Origin: Armatimonadota bacterium
GTDB taxonomy: Bacteria; Armatimonadota; UBA5829
Assembly: GCA_050948905.1 (NCBI GenBank)
Contig: JBMNES010000001.1
Span: 2,272,083-2,336,082 of the forward strand
Direction: 5' to 3'
DNA: 64,000 bases
The stretch's first letter is position 1; the number at the start of each line of letters is the position of its first letter. Below, one piece after another: positions 17,745 through 28,820 of the stretch. The translations under genes and the position numbers were made by a program. The notes under the pieces are model-generated. The model saw only the letters and a list, made by a program, of their open reading frames with translations, was not told the DNA's origin and made no database searches.

Positions 17745-18995
17745 ATGAAGCAATACACTTGCGACGTACTGGTAAGCGGCGGCGGCCCGGGCGGTATATG
17801 CGCGGCGGTAAGCGCAGCTCGCAATGGCGCCGACACCATGCTCGTGGAGCGTTACGGCTACCTCGGCGGAATGGCCACCGCGGGCCTGGTTTTCCCGTTT
17901 ATGACTCGATACGCAGGCGGTGTGCAGATCATCGATGGGATATTTCAGGAGTTAATCGAGCGTCTGGACGCAAAGGGTGGCTACGGCGGGCCGGAGCGTT
18001 CGGCTATGTTCGACGCCGAGGCGTTCAAGTTGGTCGCCGACGAAATATGCCTGGAAAGCGGCGTAAAGTTGCTTCTTCACACGATGGTCGACGGCGTTGA
18101 GGTCGACAGTTCACTCATCAAGAAAGCCATAATCCACAACAAGTCCGGCGAAGGATCAATCTCCGCAAACATCTTCATAGATGGCACAGGGGACGCGGAT
18201 TTGGCGTATTTAGCCGGCGCTCCGTGCGAAAAGGGCCGTGCAAGCGATGGGCTGTCGCAGCCGATGACTCTAAATTTCCGTATGAGCGGGGTAGACAAGT
18301 CACGGATGCCTGATCGTGAGAAGATCACCGAACTCTACTTAAAGGCCCGGGAAGCCGGCCGAATCGACTGCCCTAGAAACGATGTTTTGTGGTTCCACAC
18401 TATGCGCGATGACGAGATTCACTTCAACACTACTCGTATCATCTGCCGTGATGCCACAAACGCCGAGGACCTTACCCAGGCCGAAATCGAGTCACGCAGG
18501 CAGGCTGCTCAATACGCTGATTGGCTTATCAGCGACATTCCCGGCTTCGAAAACGCGCACCTGCAGATGACCGCTGCTCAGATCGGGATTCGGGAGAGCA
18601 GGAGGGTGGTTGGCGAGTATATGTTAACTGCAGACGACCTTCTATCGACTCGAAACTTCGATGACTGCATAGCGCGCGGGTCATATCCTGTAGACATCCA
18701 CGACCCTGACGGCGGCGGCACAGTTCTGAAGCACCTCGCGCCTGGTGAGAGCTATCAGATTCCGTACAGGTCGCTGGTTCCTAAAAAAATCGACAACCTG
18801 TTGATAGCCGGCAGGCCGATATCCTCCACCCACGAGGCGCATTCCGCGATAAGGGTGATGCCGATAGCGGCGGCAATAGGCGAAGCAGCGGGGGCGGCTG
18901 CGGCGTTGTGTGTAAAAGATGGCGTGAGTCCGCGTCAGTTGAATACAAACAAACTGCGAGCCACACTCCTCGCCCAGGGCGCGAATTTGCCTTAG
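17745..18995 (+). CDS. FAD-dependent oxidoreductase (FAD_oxidored/GIDA-like family)
   Basis: VLVSGGGPGGICAAVSAARNGADTMLVERYGYLGGMATAGLV dinucleotide-binding motif. 416 aa. Confidence 0.75.
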   Translation: MKQYTCDVLVSGGGPGGICAAVSAARNGADTMLVERYGYLGGMATAGLVFPFMTRYAGGVQIIDGIFQELIERLDAKGGYGGPERSAMFDAEAFKLVADEICLESGVKLLLHTMVDGVEVDSSLIKKAIIHNKSGEGSISANIFIDGTGDADLAYLAGAPCEKGRASDGLSQPMTLNFRMSGVDKSRMPDREKITELYLKAREAGRIDCPRNDVLWFHTMRDDEIHFNTTRIICRDATNAEDLTQAEIESRRQAAQYADWLISDIPGFENAHLQMTAAQIGIRESRRVVGEYMLTADDLLSTRNFDDCIARGSYPVDIHDPDGGGTVLKHLAPGESYQIPYRSLVPKKIDNLLIAGRPISSTHEAHSAIRVMPIAAAIGEAAGAAAALCVKDGVSPRQLNTNKLRATLLAQGANLP

Positions 18996-19418
18996 CGGTT
19001 GACGGTTAGCGGTTGACGCTTGTCGGTTATCAGTTGTCGGTTGTCAGTTGTCAGTTCGCTCAGGACCTACCACCTATCAACAAAACCGTAGTGGCCGATC
19101 TCCGTCTCGGCCAATCCCTTCAAAGGTCAATCGGTTATCGGTTGTCGGTTGCCGGTTCGCTCAGGACCTACCACCTATGATGGGTGGCGATCTCCGAATC
19201 GCCACCCCACAACCCTTCCCCGTCATTTCGAACGTCACAATCCCCGTCATTTCGAACGTCACAATCCCCGTCATTTCGAGCGCAGCGAGAAATCTGCTTT
19301 TTCCGATGTCCGAGGTCTGCCATTCGAGGTTCGATACGATGTGCTTTTTCTGGCTTTCGCGTTCTTCGCTTCCAGACGAGGTGGCAATCCCTGGTCGAAT
19401 TGCCACCCCACAACCAAA
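18996..19418. repeat. Mosaic repeat locus: GTTGTCG heptamer microsatellite, 1.5 copies of the 110-bp unit with conserved-loop hairpins, two copies of ccccgtcatttcgaacgtcacaat, and a module-B core
   Basis: Direct reading. Hairpins are ggccgatctccgtctcggcc, ggtggcgatctccgaatcgccacc and gtggcaat..attgccac. The motif gccaccccacaacc occurs twice. Confidence 0.8.
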
Positions 19419-19421
19419 AAC

Positions 19422-21428
19422 CTACTTCAAATATTCCTCCACCTTCGCCGCCACGGCCTCTGGAGTCAGGCCGAATTTCTCGGCTAAAACGCTGGCAGGA
19501 GCCGATGCGCCAAATCGCTCCAGGCCAATAACCAGCCCTTCATCGCCGGTGTATTTGCACCAGCCAAACGGAACCGCTGCCTCCACTACAACACGCTTTT
19601 TAACATCTGGCGGGATGATGCTGTTTCTATACTCCACATCCTGTTCGTCGAACAGTTCCGTGCACGGCATTGAGACAACTCGAACCCCGATTCCCTTGCT
19701 ATTGAGCAGGTCATACGCCCCGATAGCCGTGCTCACCTCCGAACCCGTGGCTATTATCACCACATCCACTTTTTCGGAATCCCGGACGATATAGGCGCCT
19801 TTGCGCAGCCCCTTGGCCGTCTGCGGATCGTTGCTGCAGGCAGGCAGATTTTGCCTCGTCAGAGCCAGAATAGTCGGCCCCGTCTTGTTTTCAAGCGCTA
19901 CAGCCCATGCAACAACCGTCTCAGCGGCATCAGCCGGCCTGATTACCTTAACGTTCGGGATCGCTCTCAACGCGGCCAGGTGCTCGATAGGCTGATGAGT
20001 CGGGCCATCTTCACCGAGGAAAACGCTATCGTGAGTATATACCTGCACCAATTGCAGGTTCATTAGCCCCGCCAGACGAATCGACGGTCTCGCGTAATCC
20101 GAGAAGATCAAAAACGTCGATCCATACGGTATGAACCCGCCATACAGCGCCATTCCATTCACGGCCGACATCATCCCGTGTTCACGTACGCCGAAGTGGA
20201 GATTCCAGCCCAATCTGTCCTGTGCAGAAAAACTACCGGCATTTTTGATATTTGTCTTCGTGCTCGGGGCCAAATCAGCGGAGCCACCCCACAGCGAGGG
20301 CACCAGTTTGGCAATAACCGGAATCACCTCTCCAGACGCCGACCGCGTCGCCACCGGCTTCTCACAATTCACCAACGGTATAATCTCGTCCTCAATATTC
20401 TCCGGGACGTATTTGCTCATCATCTTGTCCCACAGCTCTGCCTGCTCCGGGAAATCCTTGCGATACTTCGCAAACATCTCATGCCATGCGTCATAGTCTG
20501 CCTTCAACTGCTCCGCTCGCCTGGCAAAAAGATCATAGACCTCCTGCGGCACATAAAATGCGGGTTCAAGCGGCCACCCGGCCAATTCCTTGGCGCCCTT
20601 GATCTCCTGTTCTCCCAGAGGCTCGCCGTGTGATGCCGACGTGTCCTGCTTGGTGGGAGCGCCCTTTGCGATGTGGGTGCGGGCTATGATTATGCTCGGC
20701 TTGTCCTTAACTGCCTTGGCTGCGGTCAATGCAAGATCAGCGGCTTTTCGGTCGTGACCATCAATATGCTGCACGTGCCAGCCGTAGGCCTCAAACCGCA
20801 TCGCCACATTATCCGAATACGCGAGATCGGTATCCCCTTCGATTGAGATATGATTATCGTCGTAAATCACGATCAGGCTGCCCAGCCCAAGGTGACCGGC
20901 AAGGCCGCACGATTCGTGGCTGACGCCCTCCTGCAGATCGCCATCGCTGGCTATCACAAATATATGGTTATCTACAACATCGAACCCCGGCTTATTAAAC
21001 AGTGCTGCCAGTCGGGTCTGAGCCATCGCCATTCCCACAGCGTTGGTGATTCCCTGTCCGAGCGGGCCTGTAGTCGTCTCGATGCCATACTCGATATCCT
21101 TCTCCGGATGGCCGGGGGTCTTGCTACACCATTGCCTGAAGTTCTTAATGTCGTCAAGAGACAGATCGTATCCCGCCAGGTGCAGCAGCGAATACAGCAG
21201 CATCGACCCGTGTCCTGCAGACAATATAAACCGATCCCTGTTGGGCCACTGGGTATCCTTCGGGTTATAGCGCAAATGTTTTGCCCACAGAGCGTAAGCA
21301 AAGTCCGCCGCGCCCATCGGCATGCCGGGATGTCCAGAGTTCGCCTTCTGAACAGCATCCACGGAAAGGAACTTGATGGTGTTGACTGCAAGATCATCCA
21401 ATCGAGAGTCAATAATAGGTTCTGACAT
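19422..21428 (-). CDS. tkt: Transketolase
   Basis: About 668 aa. N-terminal ..[33 protein letters not shown].. thiamine-diphosphate-binding motif. Start at the ATG with GGAGG upstream (MSEPIID). Confidence 0.9.
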   Translation of the reverse strand: MSEPIIDSRLDDLAVNTIKFLSVDAVQKANSGHPGMPMGAADFAYALWAKHLRYNPKDTQWPNRDRFILSAGHGSMLLYSLLHLAGYDLSLDDIKNFRQWCSKTPGHPEKDIEYGIETTTGPLGQGITNAVGMAMAQTRLAALFNKPGFDVVDNHIFVIASDGDLQEGVSHESCGLAGHLGLGSLIVIYDDNHISIEGDTDLAYSDNVAMRFEAYGWHVQHIDGHDRKAADLALTAAKAVKDKPSIIIARTHIAKGAPTKQDTSASHGEPLGEQEIKGAKELAGWPLEPAFYVPQEVYDLFARRAEQLKADYDAWHEMFAKYRKDFPEQAELWDKMMSKYVPENIEDEIIPLVNCEKPVATRSASGEVIPVIAKLVPSLWGGSADLAPSTKTNIKNAGSFSAQDRLGWNLHFGVREHGMMSAVNGMALYGGFIPYGSTFLIFSDYARPSIRLAGLMNLQLVQVYTHDSVFLGEDGPTHQPIEHLAALRAIPNVKVIRPADAAETVVAWAVALENKTGPTILALTRQNLPACSNDPQTAKGLRKGAYIVRDSEKVDVVIIATGSEVSTAIGAYDLLNSKGIGVRVVSMPCTELFDEQDVEYRNSIIPPDVKKRVVVEAAVPFGWCKYTGDEGLVIGLERFGASAPASVLAEKFGLTPEAVAAKVEEYLK

Positions 21429-21617
21429 AATTTCCTCTACCTCCACATTTTGTTATTCTAACGGGAGATCGCCAAATCTCCGTATCTTCATACAAACCTA
21501 TGCTTCATAATGATACACATACAATAGCATATTGTAACCTTTATAGCCCTGCAATTGCTATGCTTGCCCAAATTCGGGTATTATCCAAGCGAGCCTGAAT
21601 AAAAGGGAGATGATTCT

Positions 21618-22514
21618 ATGGACGTTGGCATTGTCGGATTAGGTCGAATGGGAATGGGGATGGGCGCTCGTCTCGCAAGAGCCGGCCATAAGGTCGCTGG
21701 TTACGATACGAACCCAGAAAAACGATCTGACGCTATGGGGCAGGGAATCCACTGGGTCGATTCCCTCTCGATGTTGCCCAATGTGCTCGCCCAGCCGAGG
21801 GTTACCATTGTTATGGTTCCGGCGGGTCACGCAGTAGATGCGGCCCTGGATGGCCTCGTGCCGGTGCTTTCCGAGGGCGACATCGTCATCGACGGTGGTA
21901 ATTCTTTCTATAAAGACTCTATCGCGCGTGGCAAACGACTCGCCGAGGCGGGGTTGAACTTCCTGGACACGGGAATCAGCGGCGGGATATGGGGAGATGC
22001 CGAAGGTTACTGTCTTATGACGGGCGGGCAAAAGAACGCATTCGACATCGCAGAGCCAGTTTTCCGCGATTTGGCGGCTGAGGGCGGATATTCTTACGTG
22101 GGCAAATCCGGAGCAGGGCACTATTCCAAGATGGTCCATAACGGAATAGAATATGCTATGCTGCAGGCATACGGTGAGGGCTTCGAGATTCTGAAAAATT
22201 CGCAGTTCGATTATGACCTGCACGAGCTTTCTCGGCTGTGGAACTACGGCAGCGTGATCAGATCGTGGCTGTTGGAACTTGCCGAAATGGCATTTAAGGA
22301 ATCTCCTGATTTAGCTGAGATTAAAGATTGGGTAAATGATTCAGGAGAAGGCAGGTGGACTGTGCTGGAATCCATCGACCAGAGCACTCCTGCGCCGGTT
22401 ATTGCTCTTTCGCTTATGATGCGCTTCAGATCAAGACAGGATGAGTCTTTCAGCGCAAAAGTGATAGCAGCATTGCGCAACAAATTCGGAGGCCATGAGG
22501 TGAAACACGAATGA
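21618..22514 (+). CDS. gnd: 6-phosphogluconate dehydrogenase (decarboxylating), short-chain (about 300 aa) type
   Basis: MDVGIVGLGRMGMGMGARLARAGHKVAGYD Rossmann N-terminus. Size and sequence match the short Gnd/YqeC-like 6PGDH. It directly precedes zwf. Confidence 0.8.
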   Translation: MDVGIVGLGRMGMGMGARLARAGHKVAGYDTNPEKRSDAMGQGIHWVDSLSMLPNVLAQPRVTIVMVPAGHAVDAALDGLVPVLSEGDIVIDGGNSFYKDSIARGKRLAEAGLNFLDTGISGGIWGDAEGYCLMTGGQKNAFDIAEPVFRDLAAEGGYSYVGKSGAGHYSKMVHNGIEYAMLQAYGEGFEILKNSQFDYDLHELSRLWNYGSVIRSWLLELAEMAFKESPDLAEIKDWVNDSGEGRWTVLESIDQSTPAPVIALSLMMRFRSRQDESFSAKVIAALRNKFGGHEVKHE

Positions 22515-24052
22515 GTCTGCAGCTTGATGTCAATCCGCTTCGTGAAGGTCTGACCAGGGAACGGGCGGTGGATCCGTGCATTTTCGTGATCTTCGGAGGC
22601 ACGGGTGATCTCGCCCACAAAAAACTCCTGCCCGCGCTGTATCACCTTCATCGCGCCGATCTGTTGCCGCGTGGGTTTGGCATAATCTCCTACGCAAGCG
22701 AAAATCTTACTGATGAACAATATCGGGAAACGGTGCGCAAAGCGGTCGGTGCTGCGGATCAATATTTACCGACTACGGGCAAATCGTGGGACGATTTCGC
22801 CGCGAACATATATTATGTCAGCCGCACGGCCGATGACGGTACGGGTTTGCAGCACCTCAAAACCCGCTTGGATGACCTCGACCCCAGGATCGGAACCGAA
22901 GGCAACTATTTGTTCTACCTCGCAATCCCGCCGGCCGCGTTTGCACAGACTGCCGAAGACCTCGGGGAGGTGGGTCTGGCAAAAGAAGAGCCCGGCGGCG
23001 GTTGGCGTCGTTTGGTGATCGAAAAACCCTTCGGCACAGACCTGGCTTCCGCGCGAGAACTTAACAGAGTATTGTTAAAATCGTTCTCTGAAGACCAGAT
23101 TTATCGCATTGACCATTACCTCGGCAAAGAGACCGTGCAAAATATTCTCGTGTTTCGGTTCGCAAACGAATTTATCGAGCCGCTGCTCAATGCCCGGTAT
23201 GTTGATTCGGTGCAGATCACGGTCGCAGAATCAATCGGCATCGAGACCAGGGGCGCGTTTTACGATCGCACGGGGGCGTTGCGCGACATCGTCCAAAATC
23301 ACGTCCTGCAGATTTTATCGCTGGTGTGTATGGAGCCTCCGGTCTCGCTGGACGCTAATGCGGTTCGCGATGAGAAAATGAAGGTGTTTTCAGCCATCCG
23401 CCGAATGGAACCTCGCCAGGTCGATGACTTTACCGTGCGCGGTCAATATTCGGGGGGCATGCTTTTAGGGGAAAAGGTGCCGGGATATCGAGAAGAGCAC
23501 GACGTCGACCCCAATTCTACGATGGAGACGTTCGTGGCTGCGAAGTTCTTTGTGGACAACTGGCGATGGGCGGGGGTTCCGTTCTATGTCAGGACAGGAA
23601 AGCGACTGGCTAAGCGAGTTACTGAGATCGGAATACACCTGAAAGGCGTGCCGCGGGTATTGTTCGGCGAATCGCATCGAGAGGAGATAATCCCGAACGT
23701 AATAGCTCTGAATATCCAGCCAAACGAAGGCATATCAACGATCTTTCAGGCAAAGGTTCCAGGCCTGGATTATCGCATCCAGCCTGTTCGAATGGACTTT
23801 CTATACGGTGAGGCGTTCGGTGAGACCGCCCCGGACGCATACGAAAGACTATTGATGGACGCGATGCTGGGCGATGCTGGCCTGTTCAGCAGAGCGGACT
23901 CGCTGGAGGCCACATGGGAAGTTGTTCAGCCTATTTTGGACGGCTGGAAGATGAAACAGACCCCCGCTAACCCGTATCTTCCCGGAAGCTGGGGGCCGGC
24001 TGAATCTGCTGAATTAATTCAACGAGACGGCAGGAGGTGGCGCAGATTATGA
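22511..24052 (+). CDS. zwf: Glucose-6-phosphate 1-dehydrogenase
   Basis: FVIFGGTGDLAHKKLLPALYHL NADP-binding motif, RIDHYLGKE active-site motif. Overlaps the gnd stop. Confidence 0.9.
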   Translation: MSLQLDVNPLREGLTRERAVDPCIFVIFGGTGDLAHKKLLPALYHLHRADLLPRGFGIISYASENLTDEQYRETVRKAVGAADQYLPTTGKSWDDFAANIYYVSRTADDGTGLQHLKTRLDDLDPRIGTEGNYLFYLAIPPAAFAQTAEDLGEVGLAKEEPGGGWRRLVIEKPFGTDLASARELNRVLLKSFSEDQIYRIDHYLGKETVQNILVFRFANEFIEPLLNARYVDSVQITVAESIGIETRGAFYDRTGALRDIVQNHVLQILSLVCMEPPVSLDANAVRDEKMKVFSAIRRMEPRQVDDFTVRGQYSGGMLLGEKVPGYREEHDVDPNSTMETFVAAKFFVDNWRWAGVPFYVRTGKRLAKRVTEIGIHLKGVPRVLFGESHREEIIPNVIALNIQPNEGISTIFQAKVPGLDYRIQPVRMDFLYGEAFGETAPDAYERLLMDAMLGDAGLFSRADSLEATWEVVQPILDGWKMKQTPANPYLPGSWGPAESAELIQRDGRRWRRL

Positions 24053-25221
24053 GCAAACAGGAGACGATAGTAGATAAAACACGAGAAACCGCTATCAGCA
24101 GGCCAGTGCAGAACCTCGCTAAGCTCGACTCCGACATAGCCGAGCTCTACACGCAGGCCATCGAACAAGAAGGGGCGGTGCCTACCTCAAGGGCGGTTCT
24201 GCTTAATTTAATTATCTACGCCACCGATGCTCAGCTCTCCGATCGCGCGTTCCAAAAGGCATCACAGCTTCTGGCTAAGGTCGCCTGCCGCACCATCCTG
24301 GTAGATTTGACCACGCAAAGCGACGATCACGGCTCCGTTTCGCTCATCTGTGGCATTAGCGAGAGAGGCGACAAGCGGCTCTGTGGCGAGGTGATTAGAC
24401 TATATGCAGCGGGAGGGCCGGTAGCGGGGATGGTGCTTCCGCTGCTAATTCCAGATGTGCCGGTATATTTGTGGGTCTACGGCGATATACCACCGGAGCG
24501 GCAGGATTTCGCGGATTTGTTGAGGGTCTCAGACCACGTAGTTGCCGACTCCCGAACCGCCAGCCACACAGCCGCCAATTTGCGTGCTCTCGAACGCCTC
24601 AGCAAGATCGAAGGTGGCAAAAGAATAGTGCGAGACCTCGGTTGGATGTCTATTCAGGCGTGGAGAGAGGCGACCGCGCAGCATTTCGACGCGCCCTCTC
24701 TGAGACATTTCTTGGAGCAGCTTACCGAGGTGACGATAAAATACTCCGGCCCGACCGATTCCACTGTGCCTGAGAGCGCGCCCCTGCTGTTTGCGGCCTG
24801 GCTTATGGACAGGTTGCAGATAGTTTCCTCAAAGGTCTTTCGCTCAAAGGATGAAGGATTCCGGATTACGGCCTCTCAGTTTAGCAGACCCGTCACGCTG
24901 CGGCTCATCCCGCAGGACTCAAACTCCGAGGTCGGCAGGCTGATTTCCGTGTCTATGAGCTGCGGTGAGGGGGACAAGGCCGGTACGTTCACTACAGAGG
25001 CTGTATCAGACACCCAGCTTTCTCTCAAAGAGAGCTGTCCGGAACTTTGCCTGCCGCAAAAACTGATCGAAACCCCGGACCCCGGCGAGGCCGCTCTGGC
25101 TGCTATTGCGTTAAGCACCCATCGAAAAGATCAGGTATTTAGAAGAACGCTTGAACTCGCTCTGCAGATTATAAGCCAGGCAGAACTTGCCGATGAACGC
25201 TCTGCCAGATTCAGGTTATGA
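24049..25221 (+). CDS. opcA: Putative OpcA (glucose-6-phosphate dehydrogenase assembly/effector protein)
   Basis: Position immediately after zwf with an ATGA overlap. The size and the zwf-opcA-pgl order are known from Actinobacteria and Cyanobacteria. The sequence-level call is tentative. Confidence 0.55.
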   Translation: MSKQETIVDKTRETAISRPVQNLAKLDSDIAELYTQAIEQEGAVPTSRAVLLNLIIYATDAQLSDRAFQKASQLLAKVACRTILVDLTTQSDDHGSVSLICGISERGDKRLCGEVIRLYAAGGPVAGMVLPLLIPDVPVYLWVYGDIPPERQDFADLLRVSDHVVADSRTASHTAANLRALERLSKIEGGKRIVRDLGWMSIQAWREATAQHFDAPSLRHFLEQLTEVTIKYSGPTDSTVPESAPLLFAAWLMDRLQIVSSKVFRSKDEGFRITASQFSRPVTLRLIPQDSNSEVGRLISVSMSCGEGDKAGTFTTEAVSDTQLSLKESCPELCLPQKLIETPDPGEAALAAIALSTHRKDQVFRRTLELALQIISQAELADERSARFRL

Positions 25222-25957
25222 TATGACTATGAACCGAAAGCACGCCAATATTCTGATATGCCAGGACGAGGCCACCGCTGTAAATGAGGCCGCTGACAGA
25301 TTCGCCTGCGCCGCTGTACGAAGCGTGGCCGAACACGGCAGATTTTGTGTCGCGGTATCCGGCGGCAACACGCCGAAGGGCATGTACGAGTCCCTGGCTG
25401 AGCATCACGCATCCCTTGTTCCATGGTATCAAACAGAGCTGTTTTTTGCCGACGAACGCTGTGTTCCGCCGGAATCCCCGGAGAGCAATTATCGCATGGT
25501 CCATGACCTGCTGATATCCACGGTCCCCATCCCGGAGGTCAACGTTCATCGGTTCGAAGGCGAACTCTCCCCGGAGATTGCTGCTGAGTGTTATGAGCAG
25601 GAATTGCATAAAGTAATGGGCCACGACCCTCACTTCGACTTGATCGTGCTGGGAATGGGAAGCGACTCGCATACCGCATCGTTGTTTCCATACACCCCTG
25701 CGCTGCACGTCACCGGCAGGCACGCGGTATCAAATTATGTCCACAAACTCGGAGTACACCGGCTGACTCTCACTTTTACGCCTATTAACCGTGCGCATAG
25801 CATAATAATCCTGGTGACCGGAGCAGGCAAGGCGGACGCCTTAGCCGCTGTCATGAGCGGGGATGAGGATGTGGATATGCACCCCGTGCAGAACGTCAAT
25901 CCGACTCACGGCAGGCTGCTCTGGATAGTCGACTGCGAGGCCGCCTCAAAGCTCTAG
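25220..25957 (+). CDS. pgl: 6-phosphogluconolactonase
   Basis: FCVAVSGGNTPKGMY..LFFADERCVP..LIVLGMGSDSHTASLFP motifs of the Pgl/DevB family. Confidence 0.85.
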   Translation, partial: DMTMNRKHANILICQDEATAVNEAADRFACAAVRSVAEHGRFCVAVSGGNTPKGMYESLAEHHASLVPWYQTELFFADERCVPPESPESNYRMVHDLLISTVPIPEVNVHRFEGELSPEIAAECYEQELHKVMGHDPHFDLIVLGMGSDSHTASLFPYTPALHVTGRHAVSNYVHKLGVHRLTLTFTPINRAHSIIILVTGAGKADALAAVMSGDEDVDMHPVQNVNPTHGRLLWIVDCEAASKL

Positions 25958-26032
25958 CTTGCGATCTTAGAGTGCCATCGCTCGCTTTACAATGCCACCC
26001 GCCCGGTCTATAATTATGTGCGGAGGGCGAGT

Positions 26033-26521
26033 ATGAGCGATGCTGATAAATTGAGACTTAAAATAGCCATTGGTTCCGATCACGCAGGCTACCAGCTTAA
26101 GGAGGAACTCGCTGGCTCTCTTCGCGATGACGGCTACGATATTGCCGATTTCGGCGTTCATTCGATCGAATCTATGGACTATCCCGACATCGCCGCGACT
26201 GTCGCCAGAGCTGTCGCGTCAGGCGAGTTCGACAGAGGTATTTTAATCTGCGGCACGGGGGTTGGGGTAACGATCACAGCTAATAAGATCAAGGGAATCC
26301 GAGCGGTGGTGACCTCTGATACATACTCCGCTGCTATGTCCAGAAAGCACAATAACGCAAATGTGCTGGGTATGGGTGCACGGGTTGTTGGCGCAGGGTT
26401 GGCCTACGATATCGCGAAAACATTCTTAACTACGGACTTCGAATCCGGATCACGCCACGAAAGGCGTGTTGATAAAATCAACGCACTTGATCAGTGCGGG
26501 GAGGCAAACGTTGGGGAATAG
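26033..26521 (+). CDS. rpiB: Ribose-5-phosphate isomerase B
   Basis: [37 protein letters not shown] motifs. Start at the ATG after GGAGGG. Confidence 0.85.
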   Translation: MSDADKLRLKIAIGSDHAGYQLKEELAGSLRDDGYDIADFGVHSIESMDYPDIAATVARAVASGEFDRGILICGTGVGVTITANKIKGIRAVVTSDTYSAAMSRKHNNANVLGMGARVVGAGLAYDIAKTFLTTDFESGSRHERRVDKINALDQCGEANVGE

Positions 26522-26534
26522 CGAAAGCAAACTG

Positions 26535-27797
26535 ATGAGCGAACTGAATCTGCCGCTGGAGCAGGTGGATCCCGAGATAGCAGAGGCGATTCGTCTGGAT
26601 ACACAGCGACAGAACAACAAGATACTTCTCATCGCTTCGGAAAACTACGCCAGCAAGGCAGTGATGCAGGCCACCGGTTCGGTGTTGACCAATAAGTATG
26701 CTGAGGGCTATCCCGGCAAACGCTACTACGGCGGCTGCGAAAACGCGGATATCGTCGAGCGAATCGCCATTGAACGCGCAAAAGAGCTTTTCGGAGCTGA
26801 GCACGCCAATGCACAGCCTCACGCAGGCTCGCAGGCCAATATGGCGGCCTATTTCGCGTTCCTCAAACCGGGTGACACTATTCTTGCTATGGAGCTGGCC
26901 CACGGCGGACACTTGACTCACGGCAGCCCGGTCAACTTCTCCGGTACACTATACAAATCATGCGCCTACGGCGTAGACCCTGAGACGGAGCTTCTCGACT
27001 ACGACGAGATACAGCGCCTGGCCAACGAGTGCCAGCCCAAAGCGATTATGACCGGCGCGACTGTATATCCTCGATACATCGACTTCGCCCAGTTCCGCAA
27101 AATCGCGGACTCAGTGGGCGCGGTCCTGATCGCCGACATAGCGCACACGGCCGGGTTGGTGGCGGCGGGCGAGCATCCCTCCCCTGTGCCATATTGCGAC
27201 GCAGTCACGTTCACAACCCATAAAACCTTGCGTGGGCCGCGGTCGGGTATGATCTTATGCAAGGAAGCTCATGCCAAGGCCATCGACCGCGCTGTGTTCC
27301 CTGGGCTGCAGGGTGGGCCGCTGGTTCACGTGGTGGCGGCCAAGGCTGTATGTTTGAAAGAAGCGATGCAGCCGTCGTTTAAAGATTATCAGAAGCAGGT
27401 CAAGTCGAACGCACGGGCGCTGGCTGATGAGCTTGGAAAGCGCGGTTTGAGACTGGTCAGCGGCGGCACGGATACGCATCTTATGCTGGCGGACCTTACT
27501 CCGCTGAACATCACCGGCAAGGCTGCTCAGGAAGCGCTCGACGCGGTAGGAATCGTCGCAAACAAGAATATGATTCCGTTCGACAAGCAAAAGCCGATGG
27601 TCACCAGCGGCATCCGAATAGGCACCCCTTGCGTGACCACTCGCGGTATGAAAGAGCCAGAGATGGCGAAGATTGCGGATTTGATTATCCGCTGCATAAC
27701 CAATCTCGGCGATTCCGGAGCAGAGATCGCTGCCAGGGAGAGCGTTGCCCGCGAGGTCGAAACTCTGGCCGGCGAGTTTCCGGTATACAATTCATAG
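26535..27797 (+). CDS. glyA: Serine hydroxymethyltransferase
   Basis: [34 protein letters not shown] and the [13 protein letters not shown]-lysine region. Start set at MSELNL. Confidence 0.9.
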   Translation: MSELNLPLEQVDPEIAEAIRLDTQRQNNKILLIASENYASKAVMQATGSVLTNKYAEGYPGKRYYGGCENADIVERIAIERAKELFGAEHANAQPHAGSQANMAAYFAFLKPGDTILAMELAHGGHLTHGSPVNFSGTLYKSCAYGVDPETELLDYDEIQRLANECQPKAIMTGATVYPRYIDFAQFRKIADSVGAVLIADIAHTAGLVAAGEHPSPVPYCDAVTFTTHKTLRGPRSGMILCKEAHAKAIDRAVFPGLQGGPLVHVVAAKAVCLKEAMQPSFKDYQKQVKSNARALADELGKRGLRLVSGGTDTHLMLADLTPLNITGKAAQEALDAVGIVANKNMIPFDKQKPMVTSGIRIGTPCVTTRGMKEPEMAKIADLIIRCITNLGDSGAEIAARESVAREVETLAGEFPVYNS

Positions 27798-27859
27798 TTG
27801 ACCCATATTGGCGAGCCTAGTGACGGCGAGTTTGGCTCAAGGATGACCAGGCGGACTTT

Positions 27860-28816
27860 ATGATCATTAATGTGATTACTGCGGCCATCGCCGGGTTGGT
27901 GACATTCGTACTGACCCCGATAGTCTGGCGCTTTGCGCGCAGCAAGGGTATTGTTGCCAACCCGGGCGGCAGGCGCGTACATGCGATGCCGACCCCTCTT
28001 ATGGGCGGATTGGCGATGTATGCGGGTTTCATCGTCGCCATAGCCGTGGCGGTCATAGCCAGTAACAAAGTCAACGTCAGCCCACAGGCGGCTGGTATTT
28101 TGATCGGCGGCACGATCGTCGCGTTAGTCGGTGTTTTGGATGACAAATACGAGCTACCTGGTTGGGTGCAGGCAGGGGCGATTTTATTCGCAGCGCTGAT
28201 TTTGAGCCTGTTTAAGGTCCGTATTTTGGGGATAGTCAGCCCCATTCGTATCGAATTCGGCCTCTGGAGCATCCCAGTTACTATGATCTGGGTTTTGATG
28301 GTCACCAAGGCTGTGGACTGTATGGATGGGCTTGATGGCCTTGCGGCTGGGATATCGGCGATTGCCGCGGCGACGCTGGTTCTTATGGCGGCGCATTTTC
28401 CGGGCAGGGCGATGTCGGCGGCGATGGCAGCCGCGCTTTTCGGGGCTGCGTTAGGCTTTCTTCGATTCAACTACCCCCCTGCAAAGGTCTTTATGGGCAC
28501 AATTGGCGCGCAATTCCTCGGTTTTACGCTGGCGAGCATATCAATTCTCGGAACTCTAAAAATTACCGCACTTTTAGCAGTTGCTGTGCCGATATTAATA
28601 TTGGCGGTCCCGCTTTTCGATACGACGTTTGTCGTTCTCAAGCGGGCGGCCTCTGGCAAGGGTATCGGAGAGGCGGACACCACCCATTTGCATCATAGGC
28701 TGGTCAAGAAGGGGCTATCTCATCGGCAGGTAATATGGTGCATCTACGGCTTAACGGCGGTGTGCTGCTCCATCGCGTACTGGTTGTTCTGCACCCTTGG
28801 GGTGGCGGGAAAGTAG
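27860..28816 (+). CDS. Undecaprenyl-phosphate N-acetylhexosamine-1-phosphate transferase (MraY/WecA/TagO glycosyltransferase family 4)
   Basis: Polytopic membrane protein. NAVD.MDGLDGLAAG motif typical of the MraY/WecA family. Confidence 0.8.
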   Translation: MIINVITAAIAGLVTFVLTPIVWRFARSKGIVANPGGRRVHAMPTPLMGGLAMYAGFIVAIAVAVIASNKVNVSPQAAGILIGGTIVALVGVLDDKYELPGWVQAGAILFAALILSLFKVRILGIVSPIRIEFGLWSIPVTMIWVLMVTKAVDCMDGLDGLAAGISAIAAATLVLMAAHFPGRAMSAAMAAALFGAALGFLRFNYPPAKVFMGTIGAQFLGFTLASISILGTLKITALLAVAVPILILAVPLFDTTFVVLKRAASGKGIGEADTTHLHHRLVKKGLSHRQVIWCIYGLTAVCCSIAYWLFCTLGVAGK

Positions 28817-28820
28817 GAAT

